A stretch of DNA of 64,000 bases from the human T2T-CHM13v2.0 reference genome, Homo sapiens, in assembly GCF_009914755.1 (NCBI RefSeq), contig NC_060933.1, one strand, 5' to 3'. Made by a program: the position numbers and the translations under genes. This document shows positions 30,338 to 45,560 of the stretch, piece after piece (positions within the stretch are counted from its first letter, which is position 1; each line of letters opens with the position of its first letter). Below the pieces are notes generated by a model. That model made no database searches. It had not been told where the DNA came from and worked only from the letters and a program-made list of their open reading frames with translations.

Positions 30338-30460
30338 AGCCAGGTGGTGCACACCTGTAGTCCCAGCTACTCGAGAGGCTGAGGTAGAAGGATGGCTTGA
30401 GTTCAGCATGGACAGTATAGTAAGACCCTGTATCTAATAACTTTTTTATTTAAAAAAAAA
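30338..30460 (+). mobile_element. Alu monomer fragment (FRAM/FLAM-like)
   Basis: ggtggtgcacacctgtagtcccagctactc...taagaccctgtatct. Confidence 0.7.
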
Positions 30461-31070
30461 ACACGATTTCAAGAATATCGAAACTCTCCATTTTGTTGAA
30501 ACAGTAATCACGGGGCAGAGAGTTTTCTAAATAAAGCATATGTGGTCTATAAAGGCCAGACAAAAGGTGGAAGTGTCTTAATTTTAAAAAAGGAAAGGTG
30601 AAGAGAAGAACTAAGATTTACTGAGTACCTATCATGTGCCAGGCACCTTACAACCTTACAAAAGCTATTTCATGTGTTCCTCCCAACATACAGCAAGTTA
30701 AGCCAGTTGTAGTTTAATTACTTGCCCAACATTACACAGTGAAGAAACTGGGGTTCAATCTCAGGCTTAAAACCAAAGCATTTTATTAATGTCAATACAA
30801 ACTATCTAAAACTTGGAAATTAGACAGTTGGGCAGGATGGGGAGGGGGTGGGAGATGAAGGGGTGCCATATCCTCTCAATGTAATATGGTAGCATTGTTT
30901 TACAAGCCTCCCAAGGATTATTTAACTCTCTAGAAGAGTGTATTTGTGTTTAATTTTGCCATCTGCTGTCTGATTGGAGTCCGCACACTGTGAAGTTACA
31001 TGTTGACTTACAGGATTTTTAGTGGCGAAAAAGACTACCTCAAAGATTATGATTTTGCTGCTCAGTGAGA

Positions 31071-31409
31071 CAGCAGTTCCCAACCTTTTTGGCACCAGGG
31101 ACTGGTTTCATGGGAGACAATTTTTCCACAGATGATGGGGGACAGTGAGGAGATGGTTTCAGGATGAAACTGTTCCACCTCAGATCATCAGACATTAGAT
31201 TCTCATAAGGAGTGCGCAACCTAGATCACTTGCATGCACATTTCACAGTAGGGTTAGCTCTCCTGAGACTCTCACGCCACCGCTGATCTAACACGGGGTG
31301 GAGCTGTGGTAATGCTCGCCCGCCCACCACTCACCTCCTGCTGTGCAGCCTGGTTCCTAACAGGCTACAGACCAGTACCAGTCCACGGCTCAGGCATTGG
31401 GGACCCCTG
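31071..31409 (+). mobile_element. MER1B (hAT-Charlie MITE)
   Basis: cccaacctttttggcaccagggac...ttggggacccctg. Confidence 0.9.
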
Positions 31410-33930
31410 CTTTAAGGTATTACCCAGCTTTATGTATAACCTAGCAATCTTAATCTAACATTCTTCCTTAAGCTTATAAATACTAGTTCCTCAAATACTG
31501 TTTGGATCAATTTACCATTTCACTGGTTTCCTAATTGGTGGATGAAATAAAATTTTGACATGCTCATTTATATCTTTATGAGACTCTTATTTCCAATTCT
31601 GGGAAATTATACTTGGACCCGGAGATGGCCAACCGCTCTCTCCCTGGGTACCAGCAAATACAGTTTCCTGCATCCTTGGGAAAAGTGATGTGGGGTCCAC
31701 GTGGAGGATGAAACACCAAAAGGCAGAGACTGCTCATGCATCTGTTCCATATCCCTACAGAAAGACCAGTGCTTCCTTTCCCTCCTGTCTGTCTTGGTCC
31801 CCACACTCAGTTCAAATTCTATCCCTTTTCTGCTGCTGCCTCAGGAAGCTCCTTTTCCTTGTGTGAGATTCCCATCAGGGCCCCTAGGTTTGGCACTGAC
31901 AGCTATTCCACAGTCTCCCACCTGGCCCTCAGTAGTCACGCATGTATTCTTCATGTAGCAGAACTAGATGTTTCCACCAAAGTCTCTTTGCTTCTCCATA
32001 CTCACCATAAATTTCCTAGTGCTCCTCCAGTGTTGGTTTCCCTTAGCTCCCCAGTACTGGTGGGCTCACCGTGTGCCCTCCAGTTACAACACGCACACTC
32101 AGAGGAGCATCCTGACTCCTTCCAACATAAGTAAAGTAAGACAGGAGAGCTCACACTGCCAACAAATACAAAGTGTTACAGGAAAACCTCGGTGTTTAGT
32201 TCCCTCCTTAAAGGCAGCTGCATTTGCCTGCCCTACTCCCATACCAGGGCCAACCTTGAAGTGCTACTACTGTAGGGCCTGGTGTAACAGATGTTTTCAT
32301 TGAACCACACCTGGCTCCCAAATAATACACTGCCTCCAAACAGTATCTAACTTGTTCAAGAGCCTATCTTGACTCTCTAGTTGGAGTCAAGCACCATTCT
32401 ATTCTTTATGAATCTGCTTTCCAGCCCAGCACAGTACTCTGTACTTCATGGACTCTTAGCAAATCATGGTTAGCTAACTAACTGGCTGAGCACCCTTGTC
32501 TGGAGGTGGAAGGTCCTCACCTTGAGCAGTTTCATTTTGCACGTTAAAAAATGGGCTCACCTGTTAGTTGAAGGATTCCCTAGGTGAGCTGACAGATATA
32601 AGGCCAGCACCCAGGGCCTGCTGCCTCCTGGGAGATCAGCCTGAACCCTACCTCTGCCTCCAGATCATAGAAACTGCCATCCTGATCGTAGAACTGACAC
32701 AGAGTGAGGAAAGCTGCATCACCTACTAAGGCTTTTCCAAACAATTTCCATCTTAACTCGCTAGCTTTGTCATATTCTGAGTAGCAAAAATGCATGCAAG
32801 AACATTTGAGTGGAAGAGCAGGTTCTTGATGTTCATTTAAGAATCTTAATGAAGATATTAATGACAAAAGTGTTTACATTATTTTTATCTCTAGAGAACA
32901 AAGAGTAAAGATGACAAATATGCTATTAACAGTAGTAATGTCAATACTCTCCATTAATTGCCAAAGAGACCAAATAGATTTACAAATTTTTCAGGCCTCC
33001 CTATCTGATTTTTAATTCACTTCGTGGTTTGAAAAGGAATATGTGACAAATATTACTGCAAGAAGGAAAAGGAAGTAGGAAGTAACATGACAAAAAATAA
33101 CGCCAGGTACTGTAAATCCACAAAGCTGTATCGCTTCTCTAGAACTCCGTTCCTCCCTCCTCCTCCACATTCCTCCCTCCTCCTCCGCGTTCCTCCTCCT
33201 CACCCTCAGCCCTGTCCTCCATTTTACCATCTTTCTCATAGGGATGACTTCACAGGCCTGAGAACAGATTCTACCACGCTCATTTAACCACCGCACTTTA
33301 GCAAAGATGACAAGGTTTGAGAGGGCTTGCAGATACCTTCCTCCTCAATGAAGACCACAGGTGGGCAGGTGCCCACCCCCACACAACCAGGCCCCTTCTC
33401 ACTGGAGCTTTCCCACCCAACATTCCATTCCACTGACCAATGAAGCTGTGTGTTTGGTATCATGGACTCAAAGAACGCTACAACTGTTGAGAACTCTGGC
33501 AAGTCATGAATTCTTTTGGGGCATATCTGGACCATTCCCATGGAGATGAGACATGAAGAGGATGCCCCAACTTCCCCCCAGGACTGAGGCAGGGACTAAG
33601 AGCCATGGGTATTAGGTTCTACGGAATACAAACACGTGTCTACATGGCATCCACTCCTGTAAATCAAGATGTCCAAAATGGGAAACCAGACTGACATCAG
33701 AAGCATTATCATAGTGACTGACACACCTGGAGGATTCCTCAAATATTGAATTTCTCTCATAAAGAGAAACAGCACATTCCTAGTTAAAGGAATCATATGA
33801 GAAATGCATAAACTCAAGTCACATCACTCCCTATTAAAACTTGAATAAAGTACTGATTTTTCTAAGTCAGAATTAATTTAAAATACACCTTTATTATTGT
33901 GCAAAATTCATTTTAAAAATATATACGTAC

Positions 33931-33995
33931 CCTGAGCTCATCTGTTAGGAATAATTTTTCATTCTGCTCACATTTATCATCCAATTCTCTGTAAT
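33931..33995 (-). other. Candidate 65-nt exon
   Basis: Minus strand: ttgacaaatag|ATTACAGAG...GCTCAGG|gtacgt; good donor, weak polypyrimidine tract. Confidence 0.4.
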
Positions 33996-34741
33996 CTATT
34001 TGTCAAGTTCAAAAAGTAGTCCATGGCCTTCTACAGCATTTAAACTCTCCAACTAAATCCCAAGGACTACCAACTAGTCGCATCTTATCTGCAGTGCCAC
34101 ATTTTTTTAAGTTTCATATTGCATGAAAGAGCATCAATGTTCTTTGATGGCAAATGTAATAATCAGCTTCAGCTCCCCCATAACTGGGTTTGCAAAGGAC
34201 AAGCACCCCTCATACCCTCCTTAAAGGATTAGCATCAAAGCAAGTCCTTTGTGAAACCTTAACTGACCTACAGAATTCTTAATCAAAGGGAAAGAAAGCA
34301 ATAGGGGCCCACACATTAGACACACTCACATTCCAAGTCCCCACCTGTAACGACTGTTGTTGGTCCTTGCAGGGAACAAAACATGACCTTCTCAAATTTC
34401 AAGTATCACACCTGAAAAAAAACTAACACTAAGTTTATCTTCTTAATTTGTCCAGGTTTGTCAAATTCCAGGCAATAATTTTTTTAGATTTTTTTAATAG
34501 ACTTAGAAAAAACTGGAGATTTTCAAACATTTTTTCAGAAATAGGGATTAAAAAAATAATAACAGCAAAACAACAGTAAAATCATCTGCCAAAACATAAA
34601 GCTCATGCTTTAGAAATTTTTAAACATTCATCAGTTGAGATTAAAAATAATTTTCCATGTTCTCCAGGTGTAGGATTAATATAGTTCCCTGGTTGCTCTT
34701 GTGCCAGGTAAGTGCTCTCATATAATCCCACGTAAATTCTG

Positions 34742-35039
<298 letters not shown>

Positions 35040-36354
35040 AGTTCTGTGTTCCTTTGTATTGCTTTGTTTCTCTAGGCCTTAGGGTTGATGAAGTAAGGTT
35101 CTATGTTTTTTAAAGCTTCATTTTTACCAAAAAATCACAGATCTAATAGTAGAAACTGGGGATATGGAGTAACGGGCATTTTAATGGGAAAGATTACTTT
35201 CTATGCATTTAGGAACTACCAGCATCAATACGCCAAGCGCTAGTGAAACTGCAGCAAAAGAGTCCTTGCTTTAAGGAAGTCTTCTGGGAGAAGGAGGATA
35301 CGCCCATGATGAAACCACCAGGTAAAGGGACCTCACTTCATCAGGAGATAGAGGAAGGGAGGACATAAGGAGCTTGGTGGGGAAGGAATTAGGCAGGTGG
35401 AAATGTATAAGGTAAGGCCCCAAGGTAGAAAAGAGTTTACTACAGTCATGTTGTCTACAGTTGAGAGAACAATAATGCCCACAGAGCTCACTATTATGGA
35501 TTAAAGGAGCAGAGGAGAAACGGAAACATAGTCCATCTTCACTCACAGTGTTTACAAAGTGCTAGTAATAAAGCAGCCTAAAAGTGATCTACACACAATG
35601 CCTTTAAGATCTTTTTTTGAAAAAATTTAAAAAGACCTCAGGAATACAGGAGCATTTTCAATGTCACATTTGTAAGAAACAAATGCTGATATATAAATAC
35701 CATGGAACCATGACTGACTAACCAAAGTCCCCTCTGGGAGCAGGTAGTTTGCTAGTATAAAGGGCCCTGTGCCTTGATTTCAACTGTCACTATGTGGAAA
35801 AATTTAAGAAATTTAAGAGGTTATTAGTAGGACATCTTACTTAGCCTATAAAAGTCCTTTGGATTTGGCAGCAGGGTTATAATGAACTTGAAGAAAGGAG
35901 TGGGTTAATTGCACCTGCCTGGCTCACCATGTGGTTTATCAACTTCAGCATGGGAGGGCCAGATACAACACGAGTGTGCTTCAGGCCTGCTGTTCACCCA
36001 TTCTCTCCTCCTTTTTCTTCCTTAGTATCCCTATAGAAAATCCTTTCCCCCTTCCACTCTGGAGTTATCTTCTGTAAATTAGAGATGCCCATAGCACCCA
36101 CCCTAGGAAGCTGTTGGGAGGACCAAAGGAGATCAGAGGGGAAAGTGCCTGGCATGGAGCCAGTGCCCATCAAGGTAGTCATGACTTGATGACATGAGCC
36201 CTCCCTTCTCTCACAAGCACAAAATACTCCTGGATGTGTCCACATAGTCACAATACAAAGTCCATGTCATGTGCTCAAGTGTCTAGGAAGCAAATCTGCC
36301 TCTACTCCCTAAGTACTACGCACTATAAATAAATACACAAGTGATTTTAATTAC

Positions 36355-36575
36355 ACAGCCTGTGTAGTAGAGCGGAAAGCATAAATTTAGGCTTGGAGGT
36401 TAGACCTGTCTGGGACTGAATCCTGGCTCCACCTCTGACCCTAGGTGAGTCCAGCCTTTCAATCCTCTACTTCCTGTTGTGTACAATAAAGATTCCAGCC
36501 GCCCACTGGGATTGTAAGGATGTGAGATAACTCACAGAACAGGTCCGACTTAAAACAGGCTCAATAAATACAACT
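36355..36575 (+). mobile_element. MIR
   Basis: agacctg...gaatcctggctcc...gctcaataaat. Confidence 0.65.
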
Positions 36576-36784
36576 TCACAGGATATTAAATTCTCAGATA
36601 TGGGACCAACCAGTAGACTCAGGAGATGGGGCTGGGATCCCTAACTATACTTCCTCAACAACTCTTTTTCATGTCAAAGATGCTGAGCCTCTTTTGGATG
36701 AGAGAAAAGCCGGGTGTGGGATATTTACAGCAAATAGGTAGTGAAAAATGTTAACTCCCTTTGCCCTCTAGCCTTTACCCTCTA

Positions 36785-37197
<413 letters not shown>

Positions 37198-37226
37198 TTA
37201 TGGAACCTCTGCTCACCAAGAAGCAG

Positions 37227-37324
37227 GTGACCTTGGCCAACATGGTGAGACCTTGGCCAACACAGTGAGACATTGCCCAACACAGTGAGACATTGGAAGA
37301 CACAGTGAGACCTTGGCCAACACA
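37227..37324. repeat. Minisatellite, ~5 x 20 bp (GTGAGACCTTGGCCAACACA)
   Basis: Direct observation of the 20-bp period. Confidence 0.9.
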
Positions 37325-38544
37325 CTCTATTTCTCAGGGCTCCAGCCTCCTCATGAGTAAAGCAGAGAGGCTGGCACAGATACCATCCCTTATTCAAAAT
37401 CCTAAGTTCTCTGAATTAAAGAGAAATCCTTCCCAAGACAGTGTTCGCCCATCACAAATTCTAAAATGTTCATTCATCCAAGGAAGGCTGGTGTTCCCTT
37501 CAGAGAAGGGCTGCGTCCAAATGGAGCACTGAGGTTTTCAAAGTTCAAGCCACGTCAATGGGACTAACTTGATTCTCAATAGCTAGCTAGTGTTAAATGC
37601 CAAGCGAAGCAGTTCACACAATGATTCTTCGGAATTTCCAACAACCAGCCAAGCACAGAGAAATCACGAGAATTAAAAAGGAACCACCAGATGTCACTGT
37701 CACAAAAAAAATTTGAATTGTATAGCATTGCTTTAGTTTCTACTAACACATAGATTAGAGAGCTAAAAAAGAAATGAAAAGGTTAATTAATTATCGGTTA
37801 TTTAATTTATGGAGGTGGGAAAAATGTTCCTTTTCTGCATTTCATTATAGAGTTGAGCTGCAGCTTAAGGCAGGGGTTAAGTCCTAAGGTCAGTACTTAA
37901 AAGAAAAATCGTGTATATAGTCAATCTTAACATTGAACAAATACTTTAAGTTGCCATTATCATAGAATACTCACAGTTCTGGACATAACCCCACAGAGAA
38001 ATAAGTATATACAAAAAATATGCATAGTGATATATGGTATATAATAGAGTGCATATGTAAAATAAAACTTTTTTACAATTAGGTTATCACTGAAATTTAA
38101 CATAAATGAGCAAATTATTTTACTCTCCTGTGCATATTTCTAAGTTACTGCTTTTATGGCTGTACAATCCACCTTGTAAATCATTTACTATGTCAAGCAT
38201 ATCTATCCTCTAGTGCCAACTCTATCCAATCTACCTAATTTACAGTAAACAGGAATATCTGGGGCTGTTTTTGCAGGGAGCAATTTTACCCAAAACAAAC
38301 AAAAACAAACAAAACCAAGAGACTGACTTTTAATATTTTAATGTTTAATTTTAAAACCATCACCAGTGGAGGTATTTTTAAATTAAAAGGAACAGAACTT
38401 TACACAGTTTCTTCCTATAAATAATCATAAGTTCCATCTATTAACACCTAGGCACTATGTTGAATACTCACGTGCTTATTTCTAATTCACAAATACTCAT
38501 AAAAAGTGAGCATTTCACCTCTACAATTACTACTATGTTCTAAT

Positions 38545-38840
38545 AATAACAGCAACAATAACAGGTAACACTATTGAGTGCCAAACATTGCTCAGAATCC
38601 TTAACATGTGTTAACTCATTTAATCTTCATAGTGACCCTAACAGATAGGACTATCATAATGTCCACATGAGGAAACTAAGGCTCAGAGATTTAAATAACT
38701 TATCCATAACTGAGCCTCAACTTTTCCATCTGTGCAATGGGAATAATACCACTTAATTTACAGCATTGTGAGATTTTAACCAATATTATATATTTAATGC
38801 ACTTAGCACAGTATCAACAAAACAGACACTTAATAAATCA
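38545..38840. mobile_element. Two MIR fragments in opposite orientation
   Basis: gaggaaactaaggctcagaga (minus) then tgagcctcaacttttccatctgt (plus). Confidence 0.7.
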
Positions 38841-39493
38841 TCTCTACTGTTATTAAAGTGCTTCTGCAGTTGAAAGTCTCTGGTGTAGACCAGGGATGAG
38901 CAAAAAGAAACCTCCTGCATGATCTTGCTCCACCCTTGAACTATCCAGCTGTAACAGAAAATTGGCAGAGTTAGCAGTCCTTTACTTGTAGCTCTGCTCC
39001 AAAATAAATGTCTCAAAAAGAGAACACAGAACCTTATCCACTCAATATGAGTGTTCGGAAGAGGCAGTTCCCAAAGAGTAAGGCTTCAAAGATGATCTCA
39101 AACTGAGAAATCCTATAATGGGGGAGAGAGAAGGTAAAGGGACTTGAGCTCACAAGCTTAGAACCACTCTATCTGGGTTCAAATCCCAGTTTCACCACCC
39201 ACTGGCTCTGTGACCTTGAGCAAGCTATTTTCCTTAGGACCTCAATTTCCCATGTCACTCAGCTGTCCATAGATTAATGTCAGATGTGAAAAGCACTTAG
39301 AACAATGCATCCAGTAGAAAGATGAGTTATTATCACTATTATTGTTGTGCCTTGAATCTCCTAAAGGTACTCGTGAGTGGCACTGTGTGCTGCAGCCTGG
39401 GAAAGGTTAGGAAGTGGACCACACACAATGCTTGGCACTAAGAATCCTAAGTCACCTTCTCTGTGGCTGACATGTCCTGATGTCCCCAAATAG

Positions 39494-40060
<567 letters not shown>

Positions 40061-41317
40061 CGTTTGCGCAATGAATGAAACATCAGGTTTCCTTCCCTAC
40101 CGCATTGGATGCTTTGAGGATAGAGTGAGAAACAAATGTTAAAAATCTATAAAGTTCAAAGGGTTGGCAAATACGAGAAATTATTTAGCCCAAAAAACTC
40201 ACTGCCTTCAAGATTTAAATTCAAGGGAGAAATAACACTAAGAACAAAGACTGCAGAGTCCCGCTATCAGCTCCATCACTTACCAACTATGTGTGGCCCG
40301 AACAGTGATGATGATACCCCGCTTTTGCTTAGCTGAGACCACCAAGCAGCCTCCTGGCCCTTGGTATGGTTGCTGCAGCTAGCTGGCGGAAAAGGGGCCA
40401 GCAGGGGAGTTTGCTAGAAGAGGGTCAGGAGAGGCAGTGGGTATCCCTAAAAGTTAATATATTGAGAACTTAGCTTGAGTCTGGTCCTTCCCAATTCCAA
40501 AAGTAGGAGGAGTAAAGAATGCGAATGCTTGCAGTGGGGTTTAGTAGAATGCCTCTCTCAGGGCTCCCCCTACCATTCTAGAGAGTCGAGGCACCAGCCA
40601 TTCTTGCCAGTCTCATCACAGTGCTTCCCAAAGAGGCTGTTTTGTGTGTTGAAAAGATGAAAACAATGCAATTATCCCAAACAGTATTGAGAAGAATAAT
40701 TTATTTCTTTTTTCTTTCTTTTTTGTCTTTTTTTTTGTTTAAATCATCAGTCCCTATTCTGGAAGAGGTACATCCCAGCATCTAGCCCAGATGTCCTTTT
40801 ATGCAATAGTTATTTTAACAAACTTTCTTTATTTCCTTCCTTTTCTCTTTCTAAACTAAAAGGAAAAAAAATCTAAAAACAACAACAACAACAACAAAAA
40901 CCCACTGTGTGTGGTCTTGGGCAAGGTACTTCTCTAAGATTCTTATTCATCACCTGTAAAATGGGAATAACAGTGCCATCAAACTCATGGGGTTGAAGAA
41001 TTAAATGAGATGTACGTAGGCTTTAACATGATGCCTATTCACAGTAAGTACGAAATAATGTCAGCTCCCATTAAATTATTACTTTCATTATGATTACTGC
41101 AGGGAAAAGTTGTGTGTCCAAATACTGGACCACTCATACAGTGCCCTCCCTCTCTTGGTATCTATCCTTATAGGTAATTTTGGTATTAGCAAAGCAGAGA
41201 TGCTGAGAAGTTAAATCTGTCCTTTTGGGGCAATCTAAGGGAGAAAAGCTTAAGACTTCTACATATTAATTTCTGCTAAGACTAAATTATCCTCCACTCC
41301 TACCAACATCCCCCCTG

Positions 41318-41349
<32 letters not shown>

Positions 41350-41377
41350 TGGCAAAAAGCTAAATGCCTCTTCTGCA

Positions 41378-41672
41378 TTTTTTTTTTCTTTTTGAGACAG
41401 GGTCTCACTCTGTCACTCACGCTGGAGTGCAGTGGCACAATCTAGGCTCACTGCAATCTCCGCCCCCAGGTTCAAGCAATTCTCCCACTTCAGCTTCCCT
41501 GAGTAGCAGGGACTACAGGCACATGCCATGTAGTCCGGCTAATTTTTGTATTTTTTGGTAGAGGTGGGGTTTCACTATGTTGGTCAGGCTGGTCTCAAAC
41601 TCCTGACCTCAAGTGATCCACCCACCTCAGCCTCCCAAAGTGTTGAGATTACAGGCATGAGCCACCACACAC
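41378..41672 (-). mobile_element. AluS/J
   Basis: Antisense Alu consensus. Confidence 0.9.
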
Positions 41673-42319
41673 AGACTTACCTACATATTTTATTATGTAG
41701 GAAAACAAACTTTCAATTATACCGTAAAACAAATTAACTTGTTTTACAGTTAAAAGAAATTTAACTATAAATTAATTTGTTCACCAAATTGCTTGGTGAA
41801 CCAATACTATCATAAGTAAAATGCTGACATTTTGGTTTCTAACAAGAAGCAATTAAACGTAGACACTTACTCAAAACTCGCAAAAAATAGAGACTGCCAG
41901 AAGTGATAATTAGTATAACAGACCATATAACTAGTATCTCAAATTTCATATACATTATCCACCAAAAAATGAATTAAAAATTCTAAACATGTTAAAAGAC
42001 AAAGACTGACACTCTGGTAAAACAAATGCAGTAAAAGGAATTTGAAATGACTGCAGAGGGATAGATACCAAGGAACCCTGGGGGCTCATGGAAATATTCT
42101 GCCTTAGTTGTACTGGGGATTAAATGGGTGCATACATTTATAAAACTTAATCTTAACATGGTGCTACTCTTAGCACGTACTCTTAACATGGGTTTACTGC
42201 ATGTAAGTTATACCATGAGAAAGGTGGTCTTTAAAAGAATTTGGGAAAAATAAATAATTCTAAAATTCCATATGAGGTGTTAAAAATTTGGATGCTAACG
42301 AAGTCACAATAATGGCTAA

Positions 42320-42550
42320 CACACCCTCTACAACACTCTATGAGCCAGACACTGCTCCACAAACTTTTACATATAACAACTGATTTGCTCTTCATAAAAA
42401 CCCTCGGTAGTGGCTTCATACTCTACTCAGTTTACATATGATGAAACTGGAGCACAGAGAGGTTAAGTAACTCACCCAAGGTCACAAAGCATGTATAAGT
42501 GGCAGAATCAGGATTTAAACCCACAGAGTCCAGCTTCAGAATCTGATCTA
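42320..42550 (-). mobile_element. MIR
   Basis: gcacagagaggttaagtaactcacccaaggtcac. Confidence 0.8.
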
Positions 42551-43244
42551 CACTCATTCTCATTAAAGCTTTTAAAATGATGTTTGAGAAGCAAATTTTG
42601 TAAATTCAACAAACTGAGCTATTTGACAAAGTGAACTTCATCAAACTGAGCCAGAGCTGTACAGACACTGTAACTTTTCTTCACACCGTATTTCTCAATC
42701 GTAATTACAAAATTAGGTACAACTATTTGTTTCACGTCTGCCCTCCCTCCAGGCGGCATTTACCATAAGGCATATCTATAAGCTCTATCCACAAGCACCA
42801 AGCGCCACGCCTACCCACAGCAACCACACCAAGATACTACTGGAAGGAATCAATAAAGAAATAAATGAATGAGTACAGGAATACACTAATGTGTTTATTT
42901 ATGTATCAAGTGGAATATCACTAAAGACAGAAATTTTATTCACATGTGTATATAAGTATGCTATTTCTTAAATGAATGCAAGGCTATTCTGATTAATAAG
43001 CTATAACACTGTCACAGAACATATCATTTCTCTGTCACTATGGAGATATACATAATATTTTGTAAGCATGTCTGTACACCAAGCATTAGCTTTTGCACCT
43101 TTATGCATTGTCTCATGTAAACTTGACATTTCTCTAAAACAGGTGCGATTATCATTCCCACAGCTAACAACTGGTTTATACACAGGCCTATTTGATTCCA
43201 TAGCCTGAGTTCCTTTTCATGCCAGGAGAACTTTTTACATACAG

Positions 43245-44560
43245 AGAACTCAGTTAAAATTCGCAGCAGAACTCTCAGTGGAACCTGACAAGTAGTTCTA
43301 AAGTTATCAAGAAGGAAAAAAAATTGTAGGATTTGCCCTGAAAAATTGAAACTATGGAATTGGCACAGGAACATATATACAGATCAATAGAACATAATAA
43401 AGAATACAGACAGGGATTCCTGTGCATATCGGAATTTTATTATTCAGTTACGATTTTATAGTAGAGAGAAAATATTTAATAACTGATGCTAAGGATATTG
43501 GTTGTCTACTAAGACAAAAATGAAATTAAACCCATATACAAGTTTCCATATAAAGAGATAAATATAAAAATTTTAAAAAATGGGTATTTTTTAAAATAAT
43601 CTTAAAACAGGGACAGTCTTTCTAAGCAAAACACAAAGACCAGAAGCCTTAAAGAAAAGAGTAAAAGATTTTGCTACATAAAAATTTTAAACTTCTAAGA
43701 CAAGCAACTGGCTAGGATAAAATAATTAAGGCACTTTAACAGGCAAAACAATTACTATTTAGAATAAACAAAGAACACTCCTACAGGTCATAAGGAACAG
43801 ACAACCAAAAAGGACAACAGATAAAGGGTGTGACATGCACTCGTACACTGAAGAAGAAATCCACTAGCCAATAAATGTGGAAATGTGCACGTAAAAAGTC
43901 ATATTATTTTTGTCCCTGTGATTGGCAAAAATTTACAAGGTTGATAATATCCACAGTTGGCAGAGATGCCGGAAAATAAGCATATACTATCATTACAGTC
44001 TGTTTAGAAGTCCGTTTTGCAGGACCTATTAAAAAATTTAAACACACATACATTGACACAGCAATACTACTTCCAGGATGCATTATTAAAATTTTCATGT
44101 ACCACGGTTTCATGTACCAAGATTATGATACACACTGTGCTGCGAAAGAAATTAGAATTAGACCCAAATGATCTTCAATAGATAATTAAATAAATTATAG
44201 TACAATTACCCAACTCTCTTCAGATATTATATAAATAAAGCAAACAGTGAAAACATATCTCTAAAATATATTAAGTGAAAAACGTAATCCTGGGAAAGGT
44301 GTAGGGTACAAAATCCCATTTATTTTAATAAAAGCTGGATTTGCATTTATTTAACAAAAGCCAGATTTGCAGATTTCTATGACTAGAAAGTCACAACCAA
44401 ATTCTTACTTAAGCTGGTCTCTTCTGAAGAGAGGAAGGGAGGGAATATAGTAAAGGCAAAAATCATGTTTGGCTTCTGAAGGACTTAAATCTTTTACAGT
44501 GAGAATAATTTTATGTATTACTATATATGTAAAAATAATGAACAATTTAAATAATATTAA
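43245..44560 (+). mobile_element. Degraded L1ME ORF2/3' fragments
   Basis: acagatcaatagaaca; gattggcaaaaattt...tgataatatcc; ttgacacagcaatactacttccagg. Confidence 0.65.
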
Positions 44561-44675
44561 AAAGGGTAAAGTATTACTTCGAGACAAGCAAATCGAACGT
44601 ACCTAGAGAAAAATTCAAGCCAATTAAGGTAAGACAACATTTCAGCTAAATTTGTTTTATAACTAAGATCCTTTC

Positions 44676-45014
<339 letters not shown>

Positions 45015-45104
45015 TTACTTTCAGTCCCTAGACAACTTTTTAAAAACTTTTTATTTAGAAATAAGTTCAAACTTACCAAAAAGTTGCCAGAATAAGAATA
45101 TACA

Positions 45105-45257
45105 CACAACGAAATGATAAATGCTTGAAGTAATAGATACCCCAAGTACCCTGATGTGATTACTACACATTGTATGCCTGTAGCAAAATATCACATGTAC
45201 CGTATAAATGTATACGCCTATTATGTACCCATAATTAAGAATTGTTTTAATTTTTAA
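45105..45257 (+). mobile_element. L1MA 3' terminal fragment
   Basis: gataaatgcttgaag...tacacattgtatgcctgt...tattatgtacccataatt; flanked by aagaatataca. Confidence 0.85.
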
Positions 45258-45268
45258 AAGAATATACA

Positions 45269-45560
<292 letters not shown>

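Noticed and set aside
32520-32590. Two minus-strand donor motifs (gtgagc, gtgagg) and an 8-bp stem
   Set aside because: No convincing acceptor at a normal exon distance
37227-37324. CRISPR-like regular repeats
   Set aside because: No unique spacers and a eukaryotic context; it is a plain minisatellite
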